DNA of 64,000 nucleotides from Nemertoderma westbladi (lineage: Eukaryota > Animalia > Xenacoelomorpha), in assembly GCA_032718475.1 (NCBI GenBank), contig JAUCBJ010006414.1, positions 1 to 64,000 of the forward strand, written 5' to 3'. The notes beneath the pieces are model-generated. The model made no database searches. It was not told the DNA's origin and worked only from the letters and a program-made list of their open reading frames with translations. Shown one piece after another: positions 20,601 through 36,700 of the stretch (positions are counted from its first letter, which is position 1; each line of letters begins with the position of its first letter). The translations under genes were made by a program, and so were the position numbers.

Positions 20601-21725
20601 TCCCGAATACACACTGTCACATAAATGCAGTTCAACAAACTTCTCCCGAATACACACTGTCACATAAATGCAGTTCAACAAACTTCTCCCGAATACACAC
20701 TGTCTCATAAATGCAGTTCAACAAACTTCACCCGAATACACACTGTCACATAAATGCAGTTCACCAAACTTCTCCCGAATACACACTGTCACATAAATGC
20801 AGTTCAACAAACTTCTCCCGAATGCACACTGTCACATAAATGCAGTTCAACAAACTTCTCCCGAATACACACTCGACATAATAATGCAGTTCAACAAACT
20901 TCTCCCGAATACACACTGTCACATAAATGCAGTTCAACAAACTTCTCCCGAATACACACTGTCACATAATAATGCAGTTCAACAAACTTCTCCCGAATAC
21001 ACACTGTCACATAAATGCAGTTCAACAAACTTCTCCCGAATACACACTGTCACATAAATGCAGTTCAACAAACTTCCCCCGAATACACACTGTTACATAA
21101 ATGCAGTTCAACAAACTTCCCCCGAATACACACTGTTACATAAATGCAGTTCAACAAACTTCTCCCGAATACACACTGTCACATAATAATGCAGTTCAAC
21201 AAACTACTCCCGAATACACACTCGACATAATAATGCAGTTCAACAAACTTCTCCCGAATACACACTGTCACATAATAATGCGGTTCAACAAACTTCTCCC
21301 GAATACACACTGTCACATAATAATGCAGTTCAACAAACTTCTCCCGAATACACACTCGACATAATAATGCAGTTCAACAAACTTCTCCCGAATACACACT
21401 GTCACATAATAATGCAGTTCAACAAACTACTCCCGAATACACACTGTCACATAATAATGCGGTTCAACAAACTTCTCCCGAATACACACTGTCACATAAT
21501 AATGCAGTTCAACAAACTTCTCCCGAATACACACTCGACATAATAATGCAGTTCAACAAACTTCTCCCGAATACACACTGTCACATAATAATGCGGTTCA
21601 ACAAACTTCTCCCGAATACACACTGTCACATAATAATGCAGTTCAACAAACTTCTCCCGAATACACACTCGACATAATAATGCAGTTCAACAAACTTCTC
21701 CCGAATACACACTGTTACATAAATG
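11610..21725. repeat. 43-bp monomer domain of the satellite (more heterogeneous, junction-proximal)
   Basis: CATAAATGCAG junctions. The first CATAATAATGCAG (45-bp) unit is at ~19497 and the last 43-bp-type junction at ~21720. Confidence 0.93.
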
Positions 21726-24700
21726 CAGTTCAACAAACTTCTCCCGAATACACACTGTCACATAATAATGCAGTTCAACAAACTACTCCCGAATACACAC
21801 TGTCACATAATAATGCAGTTCAACAAACTTCTCCCGAATACACACTGTCACATAATAATGCAGTTCAACAAACTTCTCCCAAGTACACACTGTCACATAA
21901 TAATGCAGTTCAACAAACTTCTCCCGAGTACACACTGTCACATAATAATGCAGTTCAACAAACTTCTCCCAAGTACACACTGTCACATAATAATGCAGTT
22001 CAACAAACTTCTCCCAAGTACACACTGTCACATAATAATGCAGTTCAACAAACTTCTCCCAAGTACACACTGTCACATAATAATGCAGTTCAACAAACTT
22101 CTCCCGAGTACACACTGTCACATAATAATGCAGTTCAACAAACTTCTCCCAAGTACACACTGTCACATAATAATGCAGTTCAACAAACTTCTCCCAAGTA
22201 CACACTGTCACATAATAATGCAGTTCAACAAACTTCTCCCGAGTACACACTGTCACATAATAATGCAGTTCAACAAACTTCTCCCAAGTACACACTGTCA
22301 CATAATAATGCAGTTCAACAAACTTCTCCCGAATACACACTGTCACATAATAATGCAGTTCAACAAACTTCTCCCGAATACACACTGTCACATAATAATG
22401 CGGTTCAACAAACTTCTCCCGAATACACACTGTCACATAATAATGCAGTTCAACAAACTTCTCCCGAATACACACTGTCACATAATAATGCAGTTCAACA
22501 AACTTCTCCCGAATACACACTGTCACATAATAATGCAGTTCAACAAACTTCTCCCAAGTACACACTGTCACATAATAATGCAGTTCAACAAACTTCTCCC
22601 GAATACACACTGTCACATAATAATGCAGTTCAACAAACTTCTCCCGAATACACACTGTCACATAATAATGCGGTTCAACAAACTTCTCCCGAATACACAC
22701 TGTCACATAATAATGCAGTTCAACAAACTTCTCCCGAATACACACTCGACATAATAATGCAGTTCAACAAACTTCTCCCGAATACACACTGTCACATAAT
22801 AATGCAGTTCAACAAACTACTCCCGAATACACACTGTCACATAATAATGCGGTTCAACAAACTTCTCCCGAATACACACTGTCACATAATAATGCAGTTC
22901 AACAAACTTCTCCCGAATACACACTCGACATAATAATGCAGTTCAACAAACTTCTCCCGAATACACACTGTCACATAATAATGTAGTTCAACAAACTTCT
23001 CCCGAATACACACTGTCACATAATAATGTAGTTCAACAAACTTCTCCCGAATACACACTGTCACATAATAATGCAGTTCAACAAACTTCTCCCAAGTACA
23101 CACTCGACATAATAATGCAGTTCAACAAACTTCTCCCGAATACACACTGTCACATAATAATGTAGTTCAACAAACTTCTCCCGAATACACACTGTCACAT
23201 AATAATGCAGTTCAACAAACTTCTCCCAAGTACACACTCGACATAATAATGCAGTTCAACAAACTTCTCCCAAGTACACACTCGACATAATAATGCAGTT
23301 CAACAAACTTCTCCCGAATACACACTGTCACATAATAATGCAGTTCAACAAACTTCTCCCAAGTACACACTCGACATAATAATGCAGTTCAACAAACTTC
23401 TCCCGAATACACACTGTCACATAATAATGTAGTTCAACAAACTTCTCCCGAATACACACTGTCACATAATAATGCAGTTCAACAAACTTCTCCCGAATAC
23501 ACACTGTCACATAATAATGCAGTTCAACAAACTTCTCCCGAATACACACTGTCACATAATAATGCAGTTCAACAAACTTCTCCCGAATACACACTGTCAC
23601 ATAATAATGCAGTTCAACAAACTTCTCCCGAATACACACTGTCACATAATAATGCAGTTCAACAAACTTCTCCCAAGTACACACTCGACATAATAATGCA
23701 GTTCAACAAACTTCTCCCGAATACACACTGTCACATAATAATGTAGTTCAACAAACTTCTCCCGAATACACACTGTCACATAATAATGCAGTTCAACAAA
23801 CTTCTCCCAAGTACACACTCGACATAATAATGCAGTTCAACAAACTTCTCCCAAGTACACACTCGACATAATAATGCAGTTCAACAAACTTCTCCCGAAT
23901 ACACACTGTCACATAATAATGTAGTTCAACAAACTTCTCCCGAATACACACTGTCACATAATAATGTAGTTCAACAAACTTCTCCCGAATACACACTGTC
24001 ACATAATAATGCAGTTCAACAAACTTCTCCCAAGTACACACTCGACATAATAATGCAGTTCAACAAACTTCTCCCGAATACACACTGTCACATAATAATG
24101 TAGTTCAACAAACTTCTCCCGAATACACACTGTCACATAATAATGCAGTTCAACAAACTTCTCCCAAGTACACACTCGACATAATAATGCAGTTCAACAA
24201 ACTTCTCCCAAGTACACACTCGACATAATAATGCAGTTCAACAAACTTCTCCCGAATACACACTGTCACATAATAATGCAGTTCAACAAACTTCTCCCAA
24301 GTACACACTCGACATAATAATGCAGTTCAACAAACTTCTCCCAAGTACACACTCGACATAATAATGCAGTTCAACAAACTTCTCCCAAGTACACACTCGA
24401 CATAATAATGCAGTTCAACAAACTTCTCCCAAGTACACACTCGACATAATAATGCAGTTCAACAAACTTCTCCCGAATACACACTGTCACATAATAATGC
24501 AGTTCAACAAACTTCTCCCAAGTACACACTCGACATAATAATGCAGTTCAACAAACTTCTCCCGAATACACACTGTCACATAATAATGCAGTTCAACAAA
24601 CTTCTCCCAAGTACACACTCGACATAATAATGCAGTTCAACAAACTTCTCCCGAATACACACTGTCACATAATAATGCAGTTCAACAAACTTCTCCCAAG

Positions 24701-27700
24701 TACACACTCGACATAATAATGCAGTTCAACAAACTTCTCCCAAGTACACACTCGACATAATAATGCAGTTCAACAAACTTCTCCCGAATACACACTGTCA
24801 CATAATAATGCAGTTCAACAAACTTCTCCCAAGTACACACTCGACATAATAATGCAGTTCAACAAACTTCTCCCGAATACACACTGTCACATAATAATGT
24901 AGTTCAACAAACTTCTCCCGAATACACACTGTCACATAATAATGCAGTTCAACAAACTTCTCCCAAGTACACACTCGACATAATAATGCAGTTCAACAAA
25001 CTTCTCCCGAATACACACTGTCACATAATAATGCAGTTCAACAAACTTCTCCCAAGTACACACTCGACATAATAATGCAGTTCAACAAACTTCTCCCGAA
25101 TACACACTGTCACATAATAATGCAGTTCAACAAACTTCTCCCAAGTACACACTCGACATAATAATGCAGTTCAACAAACTTCTCCCGAATACACACTGTC
25201 ACATAATAATGTAGTTCAACAAACTTCTCCCGAATACACACTGTCACATAATAATGTAGTTCAACAAACTTCTCCCGAATACACACTGTCACATAATAAT
25301 GCAGTTCAACAAACTTCTCCCGAATACACACTGTCACATAATAATGCAGTTCAACAAACTTCTCCCAAGTACACACTCGACATAATAATGCAGTTCAACA
25401 AACTTCTCCCAAGTACACACTCGACATAATAATGCAGTTCAACAAACTTCTCCCAAGTACACACTCGACATAATAATGCAGTTCAACAAACTTCTCCCGA
25501 ATACACACTGTCACATAATAATGCAGTTCAACAAACTTCTCCCGAATACACACTGTCACATAATAATGCAGTTCAACAAACTTCTCCCAAGTACACACTC
25601 GACATAATAATGCAGTTCAACAAACTTCTCCCGAATACACACTGTCACATAATAATGTAGTTCAACAAACTTCTCCCGAATACACACTGTCACATAATAA
25701 TGTAGTTCAACAAACTTCTCCCGAATACACACTGTCACATAATAATGTAGTTCAACAAACTTCTCCCGAATACACACTGTCACATAATAATGCAGTTCAA
25801 CAAACTTCTCCCGAATACACACTGTCACATAATAATGTAGTTCAACAAACTTCTCCCGAATACACACTGTCACATAATAATGTAGTTCAACAAACTTCTC
25901 CCGAATACACACTGTCACATAATAATGTAGTTCAACAAACTTCTCCCGAATACACACTGTCACATAATAATGCAGTTCAACAAACTTCTCCCGAATACAC
26001 ACTGTCACATAATAATGTAGTTCAACAAACTTCTCCCAAGTACACACTCGACATAATAATGCAGTTCAACAAACTTCTCCCAAGTACACACTCGACATAA
26101 TAATGCAGTTCAACAAACTTCTCCCAAGTACACACTGTCACATAATAATGTAGTTCAATAAACTTCTCCCAAGTACACACTCGACATAATAATACAGTTC
26201 AACAAACTACTCCCAAGTACACACTCGACATAATAATGCAGTTCAACAAACTTCTCCCTAATACACACTCGACATAATAATGCAGTTCAACAAACTTCTC
26301 CCAAGTACACACTCGACATAATAATGCAGTTCAACAAACTTCTCCCAAGTACACACTGTCACATAATAATGCGGTTCAACAAACTTCTCCCAAGTACACA
26401 CTGTCACATAATAATGCGGTTCAACAAACTTCTCCCAAGTACACACTGTCACATAATAATGCGGTTCAACAAACTTCTCCCAAGTACACACTGTCACATA
26501 ATAATGCGGTTCAACAAACTTCTCCCAAGTACACACTCGACATAATAATGCAGTTCAACAAACTTCTCCCAAGTACACACTGTCACATAATAATGCGGTT
26601 CAACAAACTTCTCCCAAGTACACACTCGACATAATAATGCAGTTCAACAAACTTCTCCCGAATACACACTGTCACATAATAATGCGGTTCAACAAACTTC
26701 TCCCAAGTACACACTGTCACATAATAATGCGGTTCAACAAACTTCTCCCAAGTACACACTGTCACATAATAATGCGGTTCAACAAACTTCTCCCAAGTAC
26801 ACACTGTCACATAATAATGCGGTTCAACAAACTTCTCCCAAGTACACACTGTCACATAATAATGCGGTTCAACAAACTTCTCCCAAGTACACACTCGACA
26901 TAATAATGCAGTTCAACAAACTTCTCCCAAGTACACACTGTCACATAATAATGCGGTTCAACAAACTTCTCCCAAGTACACACTCGACATAATAATGCAG
27001 TTCAACAAACTTCTCCCGAATACACACTGTCACATAATAATGCGGTTCAACAAACTTCTCCCAAGTACACACTGTCACATAATAATGCGGTTCAACAAAC
27101 TTCTCCCAAGTACACACTGTCACATAATAATGCGGTTCAACAAACTTCTCCCAAGTACACACTGTCACATAATAATGCGGTTCAACAAACTTCTCCCAAG
27201 TACACACTCGACATAATAATGCAGTTCAACAAACTTCTCCCAAGTACACACTGTCACATAATAATGCGGTTCAACAAACTTCTCCCAAGTACACACTCGA
27301 CATAATAATGCAGTTCAACAAACTTCTCCCGAATACACACTGTCACATAATAATGCAGTTCAACAAACTTCTCCCAAGTACACACTCGACATAATAATGC
27401 AGTTCAACAAACTTCTCCCAAGTACACACTCGACATAATAATGCAGTTCAACAAACTTCTCCCAAGTACACACTGTCACATAATAATGCGGTTCAACAAA
27501 CTTCTCCCAAGTACACACTCGACATAATAATGCAGTTCAACAAACTTCTCCCAAGTACACACTCGACATAATAATGCAGTTCAACAAACTTCTCCCAAGT
27601 ACACACTGTCACATAATAATGCGGTTCAACAAACTTCTCCCAAGTACACACTGTCACATAATAATGCGGTTCAACAAACTTCTCCCAAGTACACACTGTC

Positions 27701-30700
27701 ACATAATAATGCGGTTCAACAAACTTCTCCCAAGTACACACTCGACATAATAATGCAGTTCAACAAACTTCTCCCAAGTACACACTGTCACATAATAATG
27801 CGGTTCAACAAACTTCTCCCAAGTACACACTCGACATAATAATGCAGTTCAACAAACTTCTCCCGAATACACACTGTCACATAATAATGCGGTTCAACAA
27901 ACTTCTCCCGAATACACACTGTCACATAATAATGCGGTTCAACAAACTTCTCCCGAATACACACTGTCACATAATAATGCAGTTCAACAAACTTCTCCCA
28001 AGTACACACTCGACATAATAATGCAGTTCAACAAACTTCTCCCGAATACACACTGTCACATAATAATGCAGTTCAACAAACTTCTCCCAAGTACACACTC
28101 GACATAATAATGCAGTTCAACAAACTTCTCCCGAATACACACTGTCACATAATAATGCAGTTCAACAAACTTCTCCCGAATACACACTGTCACATAATAA
28201 TGCAGTTCAACAAACTTCTCCCGAATACACACTGTCACATAATAATGCAGTTCAACAAACTTCTCCCGAGTACACACTGTCACATAATAATGCAGTTCAA
28301 CAAACTTCTCCCAAGTACACACTCGACATAATAATGCAGTTCAACAAACTACTCCCGAATACACACTGTCACATAATAATGCAGTTCAACAAACTTCTCC
28401 CGAGTACACACTGTCACATAATAATGCAGTTCAACAAACTTCTCCCAAGTACACACTCGACATAATAATGCAGTTCAACAAACTTCTCCCGAATACACAC
28501 AGTCACATAATAATGCAGTTCAACAAACTTCTCCCGAATACACACTGTCACATAATAATGCAGTTCAACAAACTTCTCCCAAGTACACACTCGACATAAT
28601 AATGCAGTTCAACAAACTTCTCCCGAATACACACAGTCACATAATAATGCAGTTCAACAAACTTCTCCCGAATACACACTGTCACATAATAATGCAGTTC
28701 AACAAACTTCTCCCGAATACACACTGTCACATAATAATGCAGTTCAACAAACTTCTCCCGAATACACACTGTCACATAATAATGCAGTTCAACAAACTTC
28801 TCCCGAATACACACTGTCACATAATAATGCAGTTCAACAAACTTCTCCCGAATACACACTGTCACATAATAATGCAGTTCAACAAACTTCTCCCAAGTAC
28901 ACACTGTCACATAATAATGCAGTTCAACAAACTTCTCCCAAGTACACACTGTCACATAATAATGCAGTTCAACAAACTTCTCCCAAGTACACACTGTCAC
29001 ATAATAATGCAGTTCAACAAACTTCTCCCAAGTACACACTGTCACATAATAATGCAGTTCAACAAACTTCTCCCAAGTACACACTGTCACATAATAATGC
29101 AGTTCAACAAACTTCTCCCCCACAGTCACATAATAATGCAGTTCAACAAACTTCTCCCGAATACACACTGTCACATAATAATGCAGTTCAACAAACTTCT
29201 CCCGAATACACACTGTCACATAATAATGCGGTTCAACAAACTTCTCCACCACAGTCACATAATAATGCAGTTCAACAAACTTCTCCCGAATACACACTGT
29301 CACATAATAATGTAGTTCAACAAACTTCTCCCGAATACACACTGTCACATAATAATGTAGTTCAACAAACTTCTCCACCACAGTCACATAATAATGTAGT
29401 TCAACAAACTTCTCCCGAATACACACTGTCACATAATAATGCAGTTCAACAAACTTCTCCACCACAGTCACATAATAATGCAGTTCAACAAACTTCTCCC
29501 GAATACACACTGTCACATAATAATGTAGTTCAACAAACTTCTCCCGAATACACACTGTCACATAATAATGTAGTTCAACAAACTTCTCCACCACAGTCAC
29601 ATAATAATGTAGTTCAACAAACTTCTCCCGAATACACACTGTCACATAATAATGTAGTTCAACAAACTTCTCCCGAATACACACTGTCACATAATAATGT
29701 AGTTCAACAAACTTCTCCCGAATACACACTGTCACATAATAATGCAGTTCAACAAACTTCTCCCGAATACACACTGTCACATAATAATGCAGTTCAACAA
29801 ACTTCTCCACCACAGTCACATAATAATGCAGTTCAACAAACTTCTCCCGAATACACACTGTCACATAATAATGCAGTTCAACAAACTTCTCCACCACAGT
29901 CACATAATAATGCAGTTCAACAAACTTCTCCCGAATACACACTGTCACATAATAATGCAGTTCAACAAACTTCTCCCGAATACACACTGTCACATAATAA
30001 TGCAGTTCAACAAACTTCTCCACCACAGTCACATAATAATGCAGTTCAACAAACTACTCCCGAATACACACTGTCACATAATAATGCAGTTCAACAAACT
30101 TCTCCCGAATACACACTGTCACATAATAATGCAGTTCAACAAACTTCTCCCGAATACACACTGTCACATAATAATGCAGTTCAACAAACTTCTCCCGAAT
30201 ACACACTGTCACATAATAATGCAGTTCAACAAACTTCTCCCGAATACACACTGTCACATAATAATGCAGTTCAATGAACTACTCCCGAATACACACTGTC
30301 ACATAATAATGCAGTTCAACAAACTTCTCCCGAATACACACTGTCACATAATAATGCAGTTCAACAAACTTCTCCACCACAGTCACATAATAATGCAGTT
30401 CAACAAACTTCTCCCGAATACACACTGTCACATAATAATGCAGTTCAACAAACTTCTCCCGAATACACACTGTCACATAATAATGCAGTTCAACAAACTT
30501 CTCCCGAATACACACTGTTACATAATAATGCAGTTCAACAAACTTCTCCCCCACAGTCACATAATAATGCAGTTCAACAAACTACTCCCGAATACACACT
30601 GTCACATAATAATGCAGTTCAACAAACTTCTCCCCCACAGTCACATAATAATGCAGTTCAACAAACTACTCCCGAATACACACTGTCACATAATAATGCA

Positions 30701-33700
30701 GTTCAACAAACTTCTCCCCCACAGTCACATAATAATGCAGTTCAACAAACTTCTCCCGAATACACACTGTCACATAATAATGCAGTTCAACAAACTTCTC
30801 CCGAATACACACTGTCACATAATAATGCAGTTCAACAAACTTCTCCCGAATACACACTGTCACATAATAATGCAGTTCAACAAACTTCTCCACCACAGTC
30901 ACATAATAATGCAGTTCAACAAACTTCTCCCCCACAGTCACATAATAATGCAGTTCAACAAACTTCTCCCGAATACACACTGTCACATAATAATGCAGTT
31001 CAACAAACTTCTCCCGAATACACACTGTCACATAATAATGCAGTTCAACAAACTTCTCCCGAATACACACTGTCACATAATAATGCAGTTCAACAAACTT
31101 CTCCCGAATACACACTGTCACATAATAATGCAGTTCAACAAACTTCTCCCGAATACACACTGTCACATAATAATGCAGTTCAACAAACTTCTCCCGAATA
31201 CACACTGTCACATAATAATGCGGTTCACTGAACTTCTCCCGAATACACACTGTCACATAATAATGCAGTTCAACAAACTTCTCCCGAATACACACTGTCA
31301 CATAATAATGCGGTTCACTGAACTTCTCCCGAATACACACTGTCACATAATAATGCAGTTCAACAAACTTCTCCACCACAGTCACATAATAATGCAGTTC
31401 AACAAACTTCTCCACCACAGTCACATAATAATGCAGTTCAACAAACTTCTCCCGAATACACACTGTCACATAATAATGCAGTTCAACAAACTTCTCCACC
31501 ACTGTCACATAATAATGCAGTTCAACAAACTTCTCCCGAATACACACTGTCACATAATAATGCAGTTCAACAAACTTCTCCCGAATACACACTGTCACAT
31601 AATAATGCAGTTCAACAAACTTCTCCCGAATACACACTGTCACATAATAATGCAGTTCAACAAACTTCTCCCGAATACACACTGTCACATAATAATGCAG
31701 TTCAACAAACTTCTCCCGAATACACACTGTCACATAATAATGCAGTTCAACAAACTTCTCCCGAATACACACTGTCACATAATAATGCAGTTCAACAAAC
31801 TTCTCCCGAATACACACTGTCACATAATAATGCAGTTCAACAAACTTCTCCCGAATACACACTGTCACATAATAATGCAGTTCAACAAACTTCTCCCGAA
31901 TACACACTGTCACATAATAATGCAGTTCAACAAACTTCTCCCGAATACACACTGTCACATAATAATGCAGTTCAACAAACTTCTCCCGAATACACACTGT
32001 CACATAATAATGCAGTTCAACAAACTTCTCCCGAATACACACTGTCACATAATAATGCAGTTCAACAAACTTCTCCCGAATACACACTGTCACATAATAA
32101 TGCAGTTCAACAAACTTCTCCCGAATACACACTGTCACATAATAATGCAGTTCAACAAACTTCTCCCGAATACACACTGTCACATAATAATGCAGTTCAA
32201 CAAACTTCTCCCGAATACACACTGTCACATAATAATGCAGTTCAACAAACTTCTCCCGAATACACACTGTCACATAATAATGCAGTTCAACAAACTTCTC
32301 CCGAATACACACTGTCACATAATAATGCAGTTCAACAAACTTCTCCCGAATACACACTGTCACATAATAATGCAGTTCAACAAACTTCTCCCGAATACAC
32401 ACTGTCACATAATAATGCAGTTCAACAAACTTCTCCCGAATACACACTGTCACATAATAATGCAGTTCAACAAACTTCTCCCGAATACACACTGTCACAT
32501 AATAATGCAGTTCAACAAACTTCTCCCGAATACACACTGTCACATAATAATGCAGTTCAACAAACTTCTCCCGAATACACACTGTCACATAATAATGCAG
32601 TTCAACAAACTTCTCCACCACTGTCACATAATAATGCAGTTCAACAAACTTCTCCCGAATACACACTGTCACATAATAATGCAGTTCAACAAACTACTCC
32701 CGAATACACACTGTCACATAATAATGCAGTTCAACAAACTTCTCCACCACAGTCACATAATAATGCAGTTCAACAAACTTCTCCACCACAGTCACATAAT
32801 AATGCAGTTCAACAAACTTCTCCCGAATACACACTGTCACATAATAATGCAGTTCAACAAACTTCTCCCGAATACACACTGTCACATAATAATGCAGTTC
32901 AACAAACTTCTCCCGAATACACACTGTCACATAATAATGCAGTTCAACAAACTTCTCCCGAATACACACTGTTACATAATAATGCAGTTCAACAAACTTC
33001 TCCCGAATACACACTGTCACATAATAATGCAGTTCAACAAACTTCTCCCGAATACACACTGTTACATAATAATGCAGTTCAACAAACTTCTCCACCACAG
33101 TCACATAATAATGCAGTTCAACAAACTTCTCCCGAATACACACTGTTACATAATAATGCAGTTCAACAAACTTCTCCCGAATACACACTATCACATAATA
33201 ATGCAGTTCAACAAACTTCTCCCGAATACACACTGTTACATAATAATGCAGTTCAACAAACTTCTCCACCACAGTCACATAATAATGCAGTTCAACAAAC
33301 TTCTCCCGAATACACACTGTTACATAATAATGCAGTTCAACAAACTTCTCCCGAATACACACTATCACATAATAATGCAGTTCAACAAACTTCTCCCGAA
33401 TACACACTGTTACATAATAATGCAGTTCAACAAACTTCTCCCGAATACACACTGTCACATAATAATGCAGTTCAACAAACTTCTCCACCACAGTCACATA
33501 ATAATGCAGTTCAACAAACTTCTCCCGAATACACACTGTCACATAATAATGCAGTTCAACAAACTTCTCCCGAATACACACTGTCACATAATAATGCAGT
33601 TCAACAAACTTCTCCACCACAGTCACATAATAATGCAGTTCAACAAACTTCTCCCGAATACACACAGTCACATAATAATGCAGTTCAACAAACTTCTCCC

Positions 33701-36700
33701 GAATACACACTGTCACATAATAATGCAGTTCAACAAACTTCTCCCGAATACACACAGTCACATAATAATGCAGTTCAACAAACTTCTCCACCACAGTCAC
33801 ATAATAATGCAGTTCAACAAACTTCTCCCGAATACACACTGTCACATAATAATGCAGTTCAACAAACTTCTCCACCACAGTCACATAATAATGCAGTTCA
33901 ACAAACTTCTCCCGAATACACACTGTCACATAATAATGCAGTTCAACAAACTTCTCCACCACAGTCACATAATAATGCAGTTCAACAAACTTCTCCCGAA
34001 TACACACTGTCACATAATAATGCAGTTCAACAAACTTCTCCACCACAGTCACATAATAATGCAGTTCAACAAACTTCTCCCGAATACACACTGTCACATA
34101 ATAATGCAGTTCAACAAACTTCTCCACCACTGTCACATAATAATGCGGTTCAACAAACTTCTCCACCACTGTCACATAATAATGCAGTTCAACAAACTTC
34201 TCCACCACAGTCACATAATAATGCAGTTCAACAAACTTCTCCCGAATACACACTGTCACATAATAATGCAGTTCAACAAACTTCTCCACCACTGTCACAT
34301 AATAATGCGGTTCAACAAACTTCTCCACCACTGTCACATAATAATGCAGTTCAACAAACTTCTCCACCACAGTCACATAATAATGCAGTTCAACAAACTT
34401 CTCCCGAATACACACTGTCACATAATAATGCAGTTCAACAAACTTCTCCACCACAGTCACATAATAATGCAGTTCAACAAACTTCTCCCGAATACACACT
34501 GTCACATAATAATGCAGTTCAACAAACTTCTCCACCACAGTCACATAATAATGCAGTTCAACAAACTTCTCCCGAATACACACTGTCACATAATAATGCA
34601 GTTCAACAAACTTCTCCACCACAGTCACATAATAATGCAGTTCAACAAACTTCTCCCGAATACACACTGTCACATAATAATGCAGTTCAACAAACTTCTC
34701 CCGAATACACACTGTCACATAATAATGCGGTTCAACAAACTTCTCCACCACTGTCACATAATAATGCAGTTCAACAAACTTCTCCACCACAGTCACATAA
34801 TAATGCAGTTCAACAAACTTCTCCCGAATACACACTGTCACATAATAATGCAGTTCAACAAACTTCTCCACCACTGTCACATAATAATGCGGTTCAACAA
34901 ACTTCTCCACCACTGTCACATAATAATGCAGTTCAACAAACTTCTCCACCACAGTCACATAATAATGCAGTTCAACAAACTTCTCCCGAATACACACTGT
35001 CACATAATAATGCAGTTCAACAAACTTCTCCACCACAGTCACATAATAATGCAGTTCAACAAACTTCTCCCGAATACACACTGTCACATAATAATGCAGT
35101 TCAACAAACTTCTCCACCACAGTCACATAATAATGCAGTTCAACAAACTTCTCCCGAATACACACTGTCACATAATAATGCAGTTCAACAAACTTCTCCA
35201 CCACAGTCACATAATAATGCAGTTCAACAAACTTCTCCCGAATACACACTGTCACATAATAATGCAGTTCAACAAACTTCTCCCGAATACACACTGTCAC
35301 ATAATAATGCGGTTCAACAAACTTCTCCACCACTGTCACATAATAATGCAGTTCAACAAACTTCTCCACCACAGTCACATAATAATGCAGTTCAACAAAC
35401 TTCTCCCGAATACACACTGTCACATAATAATGCAGTTCAACAAACTTCTCCACCACAGTCACATAATAATGCAGTTCAACAAACTTCTCCCGAATACACA
35501 CTGTCACATAATAATGCAGTTCAACAAACTTCTCCCGAATACACACTGTCACATAATAATGTAGTTCAACAAACTTCTCCCGAATACACACTGTCACATA
35601 ATAATGCAGTTCAACAAACTTCTCCACCACAGTCACATAATAATGCAGTTCAACAAACTTCTCCACCACAGTCACATAATAATGCAGTTCAACAAACTTC
35701 TCCCGAATACACACTGTTACATAATAATGCAGTTCAACAAACTTCTCCCGAATACACACTGTCACATAATAATGTAGTTCAACAAACTTCTCCCGAATAC
35801 ACACTGTCACATAATAATGCAGTTCAACAAACTTCTCCCGAATACACACTGTTACATAATAATGCAGTTCAACAAACTTCTCCACCACAGTCACATAATA
35901 ATGCAGTTCAACAAACTTCTCCACCACAGTCACATAATAATGCAGTTCAACAAACTTCTCCCGAATACACACTGTTACATAATAATGCAGTTCAACAAAC
36001 TTCTCCCGAATACACACTGTCACATAATAATGCAGTTCAACAAACTTCTCCCGAATACACACTATCACATAATAATGCAGTTCAACAAACTTCTCCCGAA
36101 TACACACTGTTACATAATAATGCAGTTCAACAAACTTCTCCACCACAGTCACATAATAATGCAGTTCAACAAACTTCTCCCGAATACACACTGTTACATA
36201 ATAATGCAGTTCAACAAACTTCTCCCGAATACACACTGTTACATAATAATGCAGTTCAACAAACTTCTCCCGAATACACACTATCACATAATAATGCAGT
36301 TCAACAAACTTCTCCACCACAGTCACATAATAATGCAGTTCAACAAACTTCTCCCGAATACACACTGTTACATAATAATGCAGTTCAACAAACTTCTCCC
36401 GAATACACACTGTCACATAATAATGCAGTTCAACAAACTTCTCCCGAATACACACTGTCACATAATAATGCAGTTCAACAAACTTCTCCCGAATACACAC
36501 TGTCACATAATAATGCAGTTCAACAAACTTCTCCACCACAGTCACATAATAATGCAGTTCAACAAACTTCTCCCGAATACACACTGTTACATAATAATGC
36601 AGTTCAACAAACTTCTCCACCACAGTCACATAATAATGCAGTTCAACAAACTTCTCCCGAATACACACTGTTACATAATAATGCAGTTCAACAAACTTCT

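Noticed and set aside
29110-29300. RSS-like CACAGTC/CACTGTC heptamer and ACAAACTTC nonamer-like motif in the monomer
   Set aside because: The heptamer and nonamer are both imperfect and the spacing is 18 (16 in 43-mers), not 12 or 23. No RAG/Transib gene is present.
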